Source: a virus
Taxonomy: Duplodnaviria; Caudoviricetes
Virus record (IMG/VR): IMGVR_UViG_3300042199_000477
Span: 1-48,036 of that record
Length of the DNA: 48,036 bases
Direction: 5' to 3' (one strand)
In this document: piece by piece, positions 17,761-26,433 of the stretch
Position numbering within the stretch: the first letter of the stretch is position 1
How the letters are laid out: the number at the start of each line of letters is the position of its first letter
Translations under genes and position numbers: made by a program
The notes under the pieces: generated by a model
The model's database searches: none
What the model saw: the letters and a program-made list of their open reading frames with translations, nothing else
Told to the model about the DNA's origin: nothing

Positions 17761-17912
17761 AATTCGTCGGCGGCGAACTGGACGGCTACGACGTGCCGGT
17801 CGAACTGGTCGAAGTAACCGACCACGTGTTTTCGATCGACCGGGCGCGGTGCTGGTTGCTCGTGCGTCGCGACGACGGCGTCCTCGTATTCGAGATTTTC
17901 AATGCTCCTTGA
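17757..17912 (+). CDS. Small hypothetical protein, 51 aa ([13 protein letters not shown]...)
   Basis: GTGA coupling; FVGGxxDG start common in small phage proteins; not in the ORF track. Confidence 0.55.
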   Translation: MKFVGGELDGYDVPVELVEVTDHVFSIDRARCWLLVRRDDGVLVFEIFNAP

Positions 17913-18684
17913 ACGAGTCGAGATCGGGCCGCACGTGCTCTATCGCGCGGACTGCCGCGACGTGCTGCCGCTCGCCGACGCCGACGTGTGCGTCACCGAC
18001 CCGCCCTACGGCGAAACGTCGTTGGCTTGGGATCGGCGCGTCGACGGGTGGCTCGACGCGCTTCGCACCGTGCAACTTTGGTGCTTCGGCTCGTTGTCGA
18101 TGTTCATGGAGCGGTCCGCAGACTTCTTGCGGTTCGGCACGAAGGCCCAAGAAATCGTGTGGGAAAAGCACAACGGATCGAACTTCCACGCCGATCGCTT
18201 TCGGCGCGTTCACGAATTGTTCGTGCATTTCTATCGCGGGGCGTGGTCCGACTTGTACCGCTCCGTACAGACGACGCCCGACGCCGTCCGGCGCGTCGTT
18301 CGCCTCAAACGCAAGGCGCCGCATCACACCGGCGCGATCGAGCCCGCGCCCTACTCTTCGGAAGACGGCGGGCCGCGGCTCGCCCGCTCCGTGATGCGCG
18401 TGGCTTCGGCGCACGGCTATGCCGAGCATCCCACCCAAAAGCCGGTCGCGATCATCACACCCGCCGTCGCCTACTCGTGCCCGGCGGGTGGCGTCGTGCT
18501 CGACCCTTTTATGGGCAGCGGCTCTACCGGAGTTGCGTGCGCACGGCTCGGCCGCCGCTTTATCGGAATCGAAATCGACGAAACGTACTTCCGCATCGCG
18601 TGCCGTCGCATCGCCGACGCCGTGAACGGAGGAGTACAACCTAATTTGTTCGACTCGGAGGCATTCACCCAAGGAGGGGATTGA
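17902..18684 (+). CDS. DNA N6-adenine/N4-cytosine methyltransferase, beta class
   Basis: DPPY precedes HPTQKP and [11 protein letters not shown], then GIEID. Confidence 0.92.
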   Translation: MLLERVEIGPHVLYRADCRDVLPLADADVCVTDPPYGETSLAWDRRVDGWLDALRTVQLWCFGSLSMFMERSADFLRFGTKAQEIVWEKHNGSNFHADRFRRVHELFVHFYRGAWSDLYRSVQTTPDAVRRVVRLKRKAPHHTGAIEPAPYSSEDGGPRLARSVMRVASAHGYAEHPTQKPVAIITPAVAYSCPAGGVVLDPFMGSGSTGVACARLGRRFIGIEIDETYFRIACRRIADAVNGGVQPNLFDSEAFTQGGD

Positions 18685-18854
18685 TCGTCCCTCATGCAGT
18701 CCGCCGTCATCGGGGCGCGCACCTGCGAGTTCGACTGCTCACGTTCTCAGCGACGGATCGGTCGTTGCAAAGCGCGCAACTTTCTCACACGCCGGGAGCC
18801 GTGTTGCAACGGCGGAAGCTCCCATCAGATTCTCTCGAGCCGGGTGGTTCGGGG

Positions 18855-18905
18855 CCGCCTGCGCCGCATTCGTGGCTAAAAAGCGTGCGGCGCGGGCGGT
18901 TTTTT
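18855..18905 (+). terminator. Rho-independent terminator/attenuator-like hairpin
   Basis: 14-bp stem 18855-18868/18886-18899 (one G-U) plus T6, immediately before the RBS of 18919. Confidence 0.65.
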
Positions 18906-18918
18906 CTTCGGAGGCAAC

Positions 18919-19221
18919 ATGAAAACTCTCCTCGTCCTCGCCGCGCTCGCCGCGGCCGCGTCCGGCCAGATCGCTTGGCGGCGCGTCGACTACCCTTGCG
19001 ATCCCGTGCCCTTCGCCATTTCCGTCATGGTCGAGCGGTGCCCCGGCGGAGAAGTCATCTGGGCGCGTTCCTTCGCGCCGCCCGAGCCGTGCGTCGGATA
19101 CGTCAACGTCCCCGTCAACATCGCGGACGCTCCCGCCCGCTGGCGCGTCATCACCTACACGCTCACGGCGAACGGCCCGATGCCGACCTCTTGGACGGAA
19201 TGGGGGATCGGATGCCCGTGA
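18919..19221 (+). CDS. Small secreted Cys-containing protein
   Basis: Signal peptide MKTLLVLAALAAAASG-Q, RBS GGAGG, 4 Cys. Confidence 0.65.
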   Translation: MKTLLVLAALAAAASGQIAWRRVDYPCDPVPFAISVMVERCPGGEVIWARSFAPPEPCVGYVNVPVNIADAPARWRVITYTLTANGPMPTSWTEWGIGCP

Positions 19222-19508
19222 CCTACCAACACGGAGAGGCACCGGCGGATGCGCCGGTGACGTGGCAAGAAAACAGCGAAGCCTTTGACATCGGAGGCCA
19301 TGAAGGATCTCCGGTTTGGGTATTCCTCGACAAAAATACGCACGTTGTGAGCGACGCCGACTCAATCTGCCGCGCCTTCCACTTGGCGAAGCTTGCGAAG
19401 GATGCTGCCCCGTGCGTTCAACGCGCCGCCGACGACGAAGACTTTGAACGCGCGCAACCGGCCGCCGACTGGCTCCGCCGCTTCCGCGCGGCGAAGGGGG
19501 ACGCGTGA
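19212..19508 (+). CDS. Hypothetical protein
   Basis: 3' portion of track ORF 18681..19508; start at ATG 19212 or GTG 19218. Confidence 0.55.
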   Translation: MPVTYQHGEAPADAPVTWQENSEAFDIGGHEGSPVWVFLDKNTHVVSDADSICRAFHLAKLAKDAAPCVQRAADDEDFERAQPAADWLRRFRAAKGDA

Positions 19509-20023
19509 GTATCCATAGCGACCTGATCCGACTCGGCGCGTGCGAAAAAGCTCGCATTTGGGCCGATGACAAAGACGAAGCCGTGATCTGGGCGACCTGT
19601 CCGCACACCGAATGGATGTTCTGGTGGATCGGCGCTACGAAACCGGACGGCTACGAGCGAGACTTGCGGTGTATTGCCGCCGACATCGCGGAGATGGTGC
19701 TGCCGATTTACGAAATCGACTATCCCGGCGATGATCGACCGCGCAAGGCCATCGCGGCGGCGCGTGACTACGCGCACGGACGTATCGACGCCTCCGCACG
19801 GGCCGCCGCAGGGGCCGCCGCAGGGGCCGCCGCATGGGACGCCGCAGGGGACGCCGCATGGGCCGCCGCACGGGCCGCCGCACGGGCCGCCGCATGGGCC
19901 GCCGCATGGGCCGCCGCATGGGCCGCCGCACGGGCCGCCGCACGGGCCGCCGCAGGGGACGCCCACCGTGACATTATCCGCAAGTACTACCCGACGATGC
20001 CCAAGGCGAATGGGGAGGCGTGA
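19505..20023 (+). CDS. Imm5-like protein with Ala-rich tandem repeat (paralog B)
   Basis: LGACEKARIWADDKD..IWATCPHTEWMFW, AADIAEMVLPIYE..PGDDRPRKAIAAAR, then (W/R/G)(A/D)AA repeats. Confidence 0.7.
   Translation: MSIHSDLIRLGACEKARIWADDKDEAVIWATCPHTEWMFWWIGATKPDGYERDLRCIAADIAEMVLPIYEIDYPGDDRPRKAIAAARDYAHGRIDASARAAAGAAAGAAAWDAAGDAAWAAARAAARAAAWAAAWAAAWAAARAAARAAAGDAHRDIIRKYYPTMPKANGEA
19799..19963 (+). repeat. 12-bp tandem repeat (T/C/G)GG-G(C/A)C-GCC-GCA, about 13-14 units
   Basis: Read directly from the sequence. Confidence 0.9.
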
Positions 20024-20122
20024 AGCGCAAACCGAAGATGGTCAAGGCGTGGGCGTTCTTCGTGCCACACATCCGCGACGGTTACTTCGTGGATGCCTTT
20101 GAACTCAAGAGAGAAGCGACGC

Positions 20123-21625
20123 ATGACCCTCCGCGACTACCAACTCGACGCCGTCGCACGCGCGCTGGACGCCGTCGCGCGCCGCGTCTCGGCCGTCGTG
20201 CATCTGCCGACCGGCGCCGGGAAAACGCAAGTCGCCGCCGAAGTCGTGCGCCGGCTGGCGCGCCCCGTCGTCTTCGTCGCTCACCGCCGCGAGCTCATCG
20301 CCCAAGCCGCCGCGCGTCTTGAGTCCTTCGGCGTCCCGTGCGGGCGCATCGTCGGCGGCGCGCCGCGCACCGACCACGCAGTGCAGGTCGCCTCGGTGCA
20401 GTCGCTCGCCCGCGCCGCCGTCCTGCCGCCCGCCGCCGTCCTCATCGTCGATGAGGCGCACCGCGCCGTGTCCGCCACCTACACCGCCCTCTTCGCCAAA
20501 GCGCCGGACGTCCCGCGCCTCGGGCTCACGGCCACCCCGTTCCGTCTCGACGGGCGCGGCCTGCGCGGCGTGTTCGACGAAATCATCACCGGCCCCACCG
20601 TCGCCCAGCTCGTGACGCAAGGCTTTCTCAAGCCAGCCCGCGTGTACGTGCCGCCCGGGCCGGACCTCTCCGCCGTGCCTAAGCGCGCCGGAGACTTCGC
20701 CCAAGACCGCCTCGGCCAAGTCATGCGCGACGCCAAGCTAATCGGCGACCTCGTCGAGCACTTCCGCCGCCACGGCGCGCCGCCCGCAATCCTCTTCGCC
20801 ACCGGCATCGAGCACTCCGAGGAATGCGCCGCCGCGTTCCGCTTTCAAGGCATCCCCGCCGAGCACTTGGACGGCGGTACCGATCTCGACGTCCGCGCCG
20901 CCGCGCTGGCCCGTCTCGCTTCCGGCGAAACCAAGATCATCTGCAACGCCGACCTTTTCGGCGAAGGCTACGACCTCCCTGCGATCCGCACCGTCATTCT
21001 TGCCCGTCCGACCGCGTCGCTCGCCCTCTTCCTGCAACAGATCGGCCGCGGCGCCCGGCCCGCTCCGGGCAAGGACTGCTTCACCGTCCTCGACCACGGC
21101 GGGAACTACGCGCGCCACTTCGCCCGACTCACGTTCCACTGGTTGCCCGACCGCCGCTCGAACTGCGTCGACGTCCTCGGCGTGACCCTCGACGGCCCCC
21201 CGCCAAAGCCTCCCAAAGAGACGGAGGCCGCCGTCCGCCGCTGCCCGGCCTGCTTCGTCTTCGTCGTCCCCGGCGACGCCGTATGCTGGTCCTGCGGCGC
21301 CGCCGTGCCGCCCCCCGCCAAGAAGAAGCCCCCCGCCAACAACTCGGACGACCTCGTCCCCCTGTCCCCGGAGGAGCGCGCCGCCGCCTCGTGGGCGGAC
21401 CGCCGCGCGTGGTGGCTCGTCCACCAGAACGACAAGAATCTGGCCGCCAATTTCCGGGCAAAATTCGGCCACTTGCCGCCCGTCTATCACGGCCAATTTT
21501 TGGACCCGGAAGACCCCGCCCTCGAGTCACTCCGCCGCCGCCTCTTGCAATCCACTACGCTAGCGATCGGCGATCGAGCCTATTTCGTCGTCCGCGCCAA
21601 GTTCGCGGGGCAATGGCCAGCATGA
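20123..21625 (+). CDS. SF2 DEAH helicase (RadD/YejH-like) with C-terminal Zn finger
   Basis: LRDYQ, LPTGAGKT, DEAH, TATP, QQIGRGAR, CPAC..CWSC; ATG at 20123. Confidence 0.92.
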   Translation: MTLRDYQLDAVARALDAVARRVSAVVHLPTGAGKTQVAAEVVRRLARPVVFVAHRRELIAQAAARLESFGVPCGRIVGGAPRTDHAVQVASVQSLARAAVLPPAAVLIVDEAHRAVSATYTALFAKAPDVPRLGLTATPFRLDGRGLRGVFDEIITGPTVAQLVTQGFLKPARVYVPPGPDLSAVPKRAGDFAQDRLGQVMRDAKLIGDLVEHFRRHGAPPAILFATGIEHSEECAAAFRFQGIPAEHLDGGTDLDVRAAALARLASGETKIICNADLFGEGYDLPAIRTVILARPTASLALFLQQIGRGARPAPGKDCFTVLDHGGNYARHFARLTFHWLPDRRSNCVDVLGVTLDGPPPKPPKETEAAVRRCPACFVFVVPGDAVCWSCGAAVPPPAKKKPPANNSDDLVPLSPEERAAASWADRRAWWLVHQNDKNLAANFRAKFGHLPPVYHGQFLDPEDPALESLRRRLLQSTTLAIGDRAYFVVRAKFAGQWPA

Positions 21626-22017
21626 AAGAGTCCGGAATCTACACCGCGTTCGAGCGCTTGCTCGCCGAGCAACGCCTACCCGTGCTCGCCTTCCGTACCA
21701 ACGCCGGGGACCACCTCGCCGAAGGACCCGCAGGCCGGTACCGAATCCGCGGACTGCCCCGCGGCTTTTCGGACTACCTGATACTTCTCCCGGGTGCCCG
21801 CGTCCTCTTCCTCGAGTTCAAAACGGAAACGGGGCGGACGACCACGGCGCAAGATCGTTTCGCCGCTTCGGTCGCCGCCCTCGGGTTTTCGTACACCGTG
21901 CAGCGGTCCGCCGCCGCGGCCGCCGCCTTCGTTGCTTCGCGCGCGCGAGAGTTTACGGGTGCGCCTCCTTCCATGCAATCGCCGCCCGATCCCGGCACGC
22001 CCCGCACGAGCCGTTAG
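21622..22017 (+). CDS. VRR-NUC domain nuclease
   Basis: Start ATG 21622; RGFSDY...FLEFKTETGR....Q..F......GF.Y.V.RS. Confidence 0.85.
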   Translation: MKESGIYTAFERLLAEQRLPVLAFRTNAGDHLAEGPAGRYRIRGLPRGFSDYLILLPGARVLFLEFKTETGRTTTAQDRFAASVAALGFSYTVQRSAAAAAAFVASRAREFTGAPPSMQSPPDPGTPRTSR

Positions 22018-22273
22018 CGAAGCGCCGCCCGCCCGGGCCGCCGCAGTCCATGCAGACTCGCCGCCCGGGAGGCGCCGCCGGACGGCCGGAGCGGATCGGG
22101 GCGCCCCGGAGCGCCGCGTCGACGTGCTCCTGAGCCTCGAGCCCCTCCGCCCGACGTCGCCGGTCGCAGTCCGCGCACCACGGCGGGAGGGCGCCGTACT
22201 TCGGCGCCCCCCCTCCGAACCACGCCGCGACGTAGCCCGCGGCGAGCTCCGCCCCGCAGTCGCGACAGTTCAC
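21953..22273 (-). CDS. Multi-CxxC zinc-finger protein
   Basis: GTG 22273; CRDC, CADC, CMDC, CGAC. Confidence 0.5.
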   Translation of the reverse strand: MNCRDCGAELAAGYVAAWFGGGAPKYGALPPWCADCDRRRRAEGLEAQEHVDAALRGAPIRSGRPAAPPGRRVCMDCGGPGGRRFANGSCGACRDRAAIAWKEAHP

Positions 22274-22365
22274 GGCCGCTTTCCGGCTAGCATCGCAGCC
22301 GCTCCGACGCACGCGACCATGACGACGACCGCCAACGCTACGGCGCCCAACGCCGCGACGTTCAC
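22270..22365 (-). CDS. Hydrophobic microprotein, 31 aa
   Basis: GTGA-coupled on both sides; single TM segment. Confidence 0.4.
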   Translation of the reverse strand: MNVAALGAVALAVVVMVACVGAAAMLAGKRP

Positions 22366-22478
22366 GGGCGCCCTTCGCCGAGCGGCGTATCCGGCTCTTC
22401 GCTCCAGTCCGCCGCGACCGGCTCCGGCCGTCCGCGCCACGCATCCCACAATCCGAGCAACAATCGCACGAAAAACAT
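22362..22478 (-). CDS. Microprotein, 38 aa (MFFVRLLLGLWDAWRG...)
   Basis: AGGAGG RBS, coupled stop; not in the ORF track. Confidence 0.45.
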   Translation of the reverse strand: MFFVRLLLGLWDAWRGRPEPVAADWSEEPDTPLGEGRP

Positions 22479-22490
22479 GCTCCGAACCTC

Positions 22491-22643
22491 CTAAATCGCG
22501 TCTTCCGCACACGTGGTGCAAAGGGGCGGAACGATCGCCCGCCCCCCGCACGCCCCGCAACGCTCCGCCCAAGCTACGGGCGTCCGCGGGCGCCCGAAGC
22601 GCCCGCACCACGCCCCCAAGAGCTCGAGCGCGTCCCCGATCAT
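22491..22643 (-). CDS. Small zinc-finger protein, 50 aa
   Basis: ATGA-coupled; CGAC...CTTC. Confidence 0.45.
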   Translation of the reverse strand: MIGDALELLGAWCGRFGRPRTPVAWAERCGACGGRAIVPPLCTTCAEDAI

Positions 22644-23047
22644 AGAGGGGTGTCCCCCTCTAACCAGTCCGCCCAGGACCGCGCCGCCTCGAGCGTCGCC
22701 GCCGCGACGTCGGCGCCGCGTTCGACGATCCGCGCGACGGCGAGGCCCGACGAGTCTTGCCGGACGACGCGCCACGTACCGTCCGCGCCGAGCGCCGGAC
22801 GGAACCACGCGACGGACCGGGACCGGCCGGTCGGCAAAAGCCGCTCGACCGTAACCGTCCCGTCCGGACCGGGCGGGTCCGGGATCGAGAACCGCGCCGG
22901 GGGCTGTTCCTTCCGCCGCCGGTCCTCCGACGCTTTGAAGGTCGCCCCGCATTCGTGGCAGAACGGTCCGCCGCCGATGTTCAGCGCATGGCAACGCCGC
23001 CCGCCTCTGGCCGCGGTCCGCGCGTAGCAGTTCCAGTCGGAGCTCAT
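22640..23047 (-). CDS. Hypothetical protein with N-terminal Cys cluster
   Basis: 135 aa, coupled; C..C..CHEC. Confidence 0.55.
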   Translation of the reverse strand: MSSDWNCYARTAARGGRRCHALNIGGGPFCHECGATFKASEDRRRKEQPPARFSIPDPPGPDGTVTVERLLPTGRSRSVAWFRPALGADGTWRVVRQDSSGLAVARIVERGADVAAATLEAARSWADWLEGDTPL

Positions 23048-23229
23048 GATCCGCCCTCCGCCTTGGAATCGGCCGCGCGCGCCTCCCGCTCCGCCCTAAT
23101 CCGCTCCCGCCGCGCCTCCCGCTCCGCCTCGAGGCAAGGGAGGCAGACGGAAACGTACATCCCGGCGAGCTCCGGCGCGGTGTAGCGCGTCGTCGCGGGC
23201 GCCTTGTCGCACCATCCGCAAGTCTTCAT
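23044..23229 (-). CDS. Small zinc-finger protein
   Basis: CGWC...CLPC, coupled. Confidence 0.55.
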   Translation of the reverse strand: MKTCGWCDKAPATTRYTAPELAGMYVSVCLPCLEAEREARRERIRAEREARAADSKAEGGS

Positions 23230-23918
23230 GACGCCCCCCCCGCCCGCTTCGCGACGTAGGCCCGGGCCGCCTCCGGCATCTTCTCCGCGACGCCGTACCA
23301 GTAGCCCTTAAACCAGCTGTACCCCGCCGCCTTCAACGCCGCGACGACGTCCCGCCCGGGGTATTCCACGCTCCGGAACGTCGCGTAGCCGTTGCCCCGG
23401 TCCTCGATCGCCGCCCCGCCCGCCGCCTCGAGCGCCGCATCCGCCGCCCGCCGCGCGCGGATCGACTCCGCCCGCTTGTCGCAACGGAGCGCCTCCCGGC
23501 GCGCCGCCGCCGAACTCCAACGCCGCCCGCCCGGACCGGCCGGGACCGCCCCGCCCGCCTTCCGCGCGTCCGCGATCGCCCGGAGCGCCGCGGCCTTCTC
23601 CGCCAAGCGCTCGAGCGCGTCGACGTCGTCGTCGAAGATCGCCCGATCGAGCGCCGCCTCGAGCCCGTCCGCCGCCGCACGATGCGACGTCGCCGCCTTT
23701 TCGTGCTCAAGCGCCGCGTCGAACTTGCCCGCGATCCGAGCTCGATAGCGCCGGTCGCGCCCTTCCGAATAGTGCCCCACGAGAATAGGTTGGCCGAGGG
23801 GAATTGCCGCCGCCATGTCGGACCCGGCGGACCACGCCGCCGCCGCCTTGGCCGTCCTGCCCTTCGCCCACTGCAGCCGTTGCTCGAGCTTCCGCTCGAG
23901 CCGTTCACGTCGCGACAT
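23226..23918 (-). CDS. DUF3560-domain protein
   Basis: IPLGQPILVGHYSEGRDRRYR signature; C-terminal ALKAAGYSW domain. Confidence 0.8.
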   Translation of the reverse strand: MSRRERLERKLEQRLQWAKGRTAKAAAAWSAGSDMAAAIPLGQPILVGHYSEGRDRRYRARIAGKFDAALEHEKAATSHRAAADGLEAALDRAIFDDDVDALERLAEKAAALRAIADARKAGGAVPAGPGGRRWSSAAARREALRCDKRAESIRARRAADAALEAAGGAAIEDRGNGYATFRSVEYPGRDVVAALKAAGYSWFKGYWYGVAEKMPEAARAYVAKRAGGAS

Positions 23919-23930
23919 ACTTTCACTCCG

Positions 23931-23954
23931 AAAAGGCCCGGACTATTCCGGGCC
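23931..23954 (-). terminator. Terminator-like hairpin before the DUF3560 RBS
   Basis: GGCCCGGA-ATAG-TCCGGGCC-TTTT on the minus strand. Confidence 0.6.
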
Positions 23955-23958
23955 GAAG

Positions 23959-23998
23959 GCGCCGCGGGGAGTCGAACCCCGCCTAAGACCGTCAGCGC
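23959..23998 (-). other. tRNA T-arm-like minihelix
   Basis: GCGGGG-TTCGACT-CCCCGC stacked on GCGCT/GGCGC; no D or anticodon arm. Confidence 0.5.
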
Positions 23999-24918
23999 TT
24001 GATTGGCAGAACCGGCATAATGAAGACGGATCGGTCTCCCTCCGCCGCGTCGATTCGAACCGCCTTTTCGTCGGACCCGAACCAAGAAAGGACAAGCCTC
24101 CCGGACCGCAGGAACCGGACCGCCTCTTTCAGACGGTCCGCCGGAAGCCGGAACGAAAACGCCCTATCGCCCCGCCCCATAACCGCCGCCCGGATCATGC
24201 CGCGCGCGCCCTCGATAACGACGCCCGGCTCTTCATCGGTCCGGAACGTGACCCCCTCCGGCAAGTCTCCGGCCGCAACGGTCCGGACCGCCGCCGCGAC
24301 GTCGGTCGCGGCGAGCTCGAGAACCGACGTCGGCGCCCCGTAGCACTCGGCGAGTTTACGGAACACCCCCCCGGCATCGTGCGCACCTCGAGCGAGCGGC
24401 GCGCCGCCGGACCAGAACTCCGCCCCGTAGTCCGCGACGTCGCCGCCTTTCCATCGTGCCGACAATTGGAGCGACGCCCCGACGATCCGGACGCCCGCGA
24501 CAACCGCCGCGGCGATCGTCTTACCGTCCGTCGCCGTCAACGTCGCGACGTCGTCGCCGATCGGTTCCGCCGAGACTCCGTACTTGTCCCCGGCGAACCC
24601 GACGACGTCGCGCGCTACCAGCTCCGCCGCCGCCGTGAGCTCGAGAAGTTTATGCCCCGGTCCGCCGCCGCCTTGGTACTCAGTCTCCTTCGCGAGCTTC
24701 TGCCGATACTCCGCGACGGCGCGCGCCGCGCCCTCTTCGGCGGTCCGCCCCTCGCCCGTAAAGACCCACGGACCGCGGAAAGTCGCTCGAGCGTCCGGCG
24801 TCCGCCCGATTAGCGTAACCGTCTCTCGGACCGGCGGCGGCGCTTGGAACCGCGCCCACAAAAACCCCGGTCCGATCCGTTTCCACGTCGCGCCCTCGAT
24901 TCGTGGCAGTTTTCCCAT
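23992..24918 (-). CDS. Divergent DNA polymerase III beta-clamp-like protein
   Basis: Start ATG 24918; LTATDGKTIA (cf. DnaN ATDGHRLA) and C-terminal VFIMPV (cf. DnaN LIMPM). Confidence 0.5.
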   Translation of the reverse strand: MGKLPRIEGATWKRIGPGFLWARFQAPPPVRETVTLIGRTPDARATFRGPWVFTGEGRTAEEGAARAVAEYRQKLAKETEYQGGGGPGHKLLELTAAAELVARDVVGFAGDKYGVSAEPIGDDVATLTATDGKTIAAAVVAGVRIVGASLQLSARWKGGDVADYGAEFWSGGAPLARGAHDAGGVFRKLAECYGAPTSVLELAATDVAAAVRTVAAGDLPEGVTFRTDEEPGVVIEGARGMIRAAVMGRGDRAFSFRLPADRLKEAVRFLRSGRLVLSWFGSDEKAVRIDAAEGDRSVFIMPVLPIKR

Positions 24919-24934
24919 GGCTTTCTCCGAAATG

Positions 24935-24960
24935 GGAGGGGCGGACCGCGCCGCCCCTCC
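24935..24960 (-). promoter_or_regulatory. Intergenic 10-bp GC hairpin before RBS
   Basis: GGAGGGGCGG/CCGCCCCTCC, then TTTCGGAGAAAGCC-ATG on the minus strand. Confidence 0.5.
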
Positions 24961-24968
24961 GGCCCCTA

Positions 24969-26000
24969 TCACGCTCCGGCAAGCTCGAGCGCGACGCTGA
25001 GCGCTTCCGCCGTCCGGTCCGCCCCGGCGCCGAGGAACGTAGACACGGCGCGCGCCTCCGTCCGTCCGCCGTCCGCCCCGTACTGGAGCGCTTCCGTCGC
25101 TGCGGAATACGCGGACCACCAAGTGCCGGCGATCGGTCCGCCGATCGTGCCGGTTGCGCCGTTCATGATCGCGCCGACGCGGGCGCGCCGCGTCGCCCAA
25201 CGGTCGCGCGCCGCCTCGTACTTCTCGCGCGCCGCGTCGAACGCCGCCGCGTCCGCCCCGTAGCGGTCCGGGTCCGGCGCGACCGGCCGCGGGTCAAGTC
25301 GCTCGAGGAACGCCCGGAACCCCTCCGGCGTAATCGGCGCCTTAACGAGCCGGTCCGCTTGCGCCGCGATCGTCTTATGGGCTTCGATCATGGCCTGCAG
25401 GACCGCGGACCCCTCCGCGATGCGCGTTGCGACGTCGCCGCGGTGCGGGATCGCAACGCCTGCCGCCGCCGTGCCCCGCGCCGCTCCGTCCGCCCCGGCG
25501 CGCGCCGCGCGGATCGTGTTCATACACACGATCCGGACCGGCGTAGCGAAGGCCCGCAAGGCGCCGCCGCCGTCGTGATTCAACGTCACTGCGGCGTACG
25601 CTTCGACGGGGTCAACGCCCGCAACGGCGAAATCGGCCGGAAGCCGGACCGTTGCGAACACGATCCGCCCCCCGCGGACGCTTCCGAGAGTCTCGATCGT
25701 GGCGCCGAGCTCGCGCGCGCCGTCCAAGATGGAAAGCGCCGTTTCATTCTGAACACGACGGTATGACCCCGAAACGACGCCGAGAACGTCCCTCGTGTCG
25801 CTCCTGACGTTCGCGACGACGTCGGCGACGTCGCGCCCTTCGCATTGAACGGGAACCGCCTCGACCGTCCACGTAAGACCGGCCGCCTCGAGCGCTTCCC
25901 GGACCGTCGCGGGCGGCGTCGCGAGGACGCGCCCCAACCCGTGCCACGCCGGACGCCCGACAAAGGCCGCTCCGTCCGTCGCCGTGATTTCGTGTGCCAT
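24969..26000 (-). CDS. DUF932/DUF945-family phage/plasmid protein
   Basis: MAHEI...PAWHGLG, VLGVVSGSY..VQN, NHDG, TPVRIVCMNT, HRG, GTWWSAYSAATE. Confidence 0.85.
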   Translation of the reverse strand: MAHEITATDGAAFVGRPAWHGLGRVLATPPATVREALEAAGLTWTVEAVPVQCEGRDVADVVANVRSDTRDVLGVVSGSYRRVQNETALSILDGARELGATIETLGSVRGGRIVFATVRLPADFAVAGVDPVEAYAAVTLNHDGGGALRAFATPVRIVCMNTIRAARAGADGAARGTAAAGVAIPHRGDVATRIAEGSAVLQAMIEAHKTIAAQADRLVKAPITPEGFRAFLERLDPRPVAPDPDRYGADAAAFDAAREKYEAARDRWATRRARVGAIMNGATGTIGGPIAGTWWSAYSAATEALQYGADGGRTEARAVSTFLGAGADRTAEALSVALELAGA

Positions 26001-26002
26001 GA

Positions 26003-26392
26003 TTAGCTCCAGATCCCCGCGCCGCCCGCGATCGCTCCCGGGAGCTTGACCGACGCCGGACGGACCGGCGCCGCCTTCGGAGCGGGAGCCGATTGCACCG
26101 GCGCCGCCGGAACCGCGACGACGGGCGCGCGCTTCATCGTCGCGATCTCGTCCCGGAGCGCCGCGACGTCGGCCCGGAGCCGCTCGATCTCGTCCCGGAG
26201 CGTCGGGCCGACGTCGGCCGGACCGTCCGGGAGCTCCGGCAGGCGCGCCTCGAGCCCGTACCAGCAACCCTCGGACGACGCCCAACGGAACCCCGCCGCC
26301 TTCAACGCTTCCCGGACGGCTTCGGACGGCTTCGCGGCGAACCGCAACTCGACGAAACCTTCCCGTTTTCCCGCGCTCTTTTCGTACTTCAT
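26003..26392 (-). CDS. Hypothetical protein (F..KP....R..LK..GFRW domain plus coiled coil)
   Basis: First gene after the promoter at 26434-26462; its domain also occurs at the C-terminus of the DUF3560 protein. Confidence 0.65.
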   Translation of the reverse strand: MKYEKSAGKREGFVELRFAAKPSEAVREALKAAGFRWASSEGCWYGLEARLPELPDGPADVGPTLRDEIERLRADVAALRDEIATMKRAPVVAVPAAPVQSAPAPKAAPVRPASVKLPGAIAGGAGIWS

Positions 26393-26433
26393 GACGTTTT
26401 CCAATCGCGGGCGGAATTGCCCGCGCCGCCCAG

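Noticed and set aside
17748-17763. Second parS site (TCACGTGAAA)
   Set aside because: Only the core matches, the flanks break the palindrome, and it coincides with a GTGA stop/start overlap.
19799-19963. CRISPR array or DGR variable region in the tandem repeats (also 12807-12960 and 13366-13545)
   Set aside because: Units are in-frame codon repeats without unique spacers; there is no cas or reverse transcriptase gene and no adenine-specific TR/VR pair.
23959-23998. Complete tRNA gene
   Set aside because: Only the T-arm and a short stem are present; no D arm, anticodon arm or CCA.
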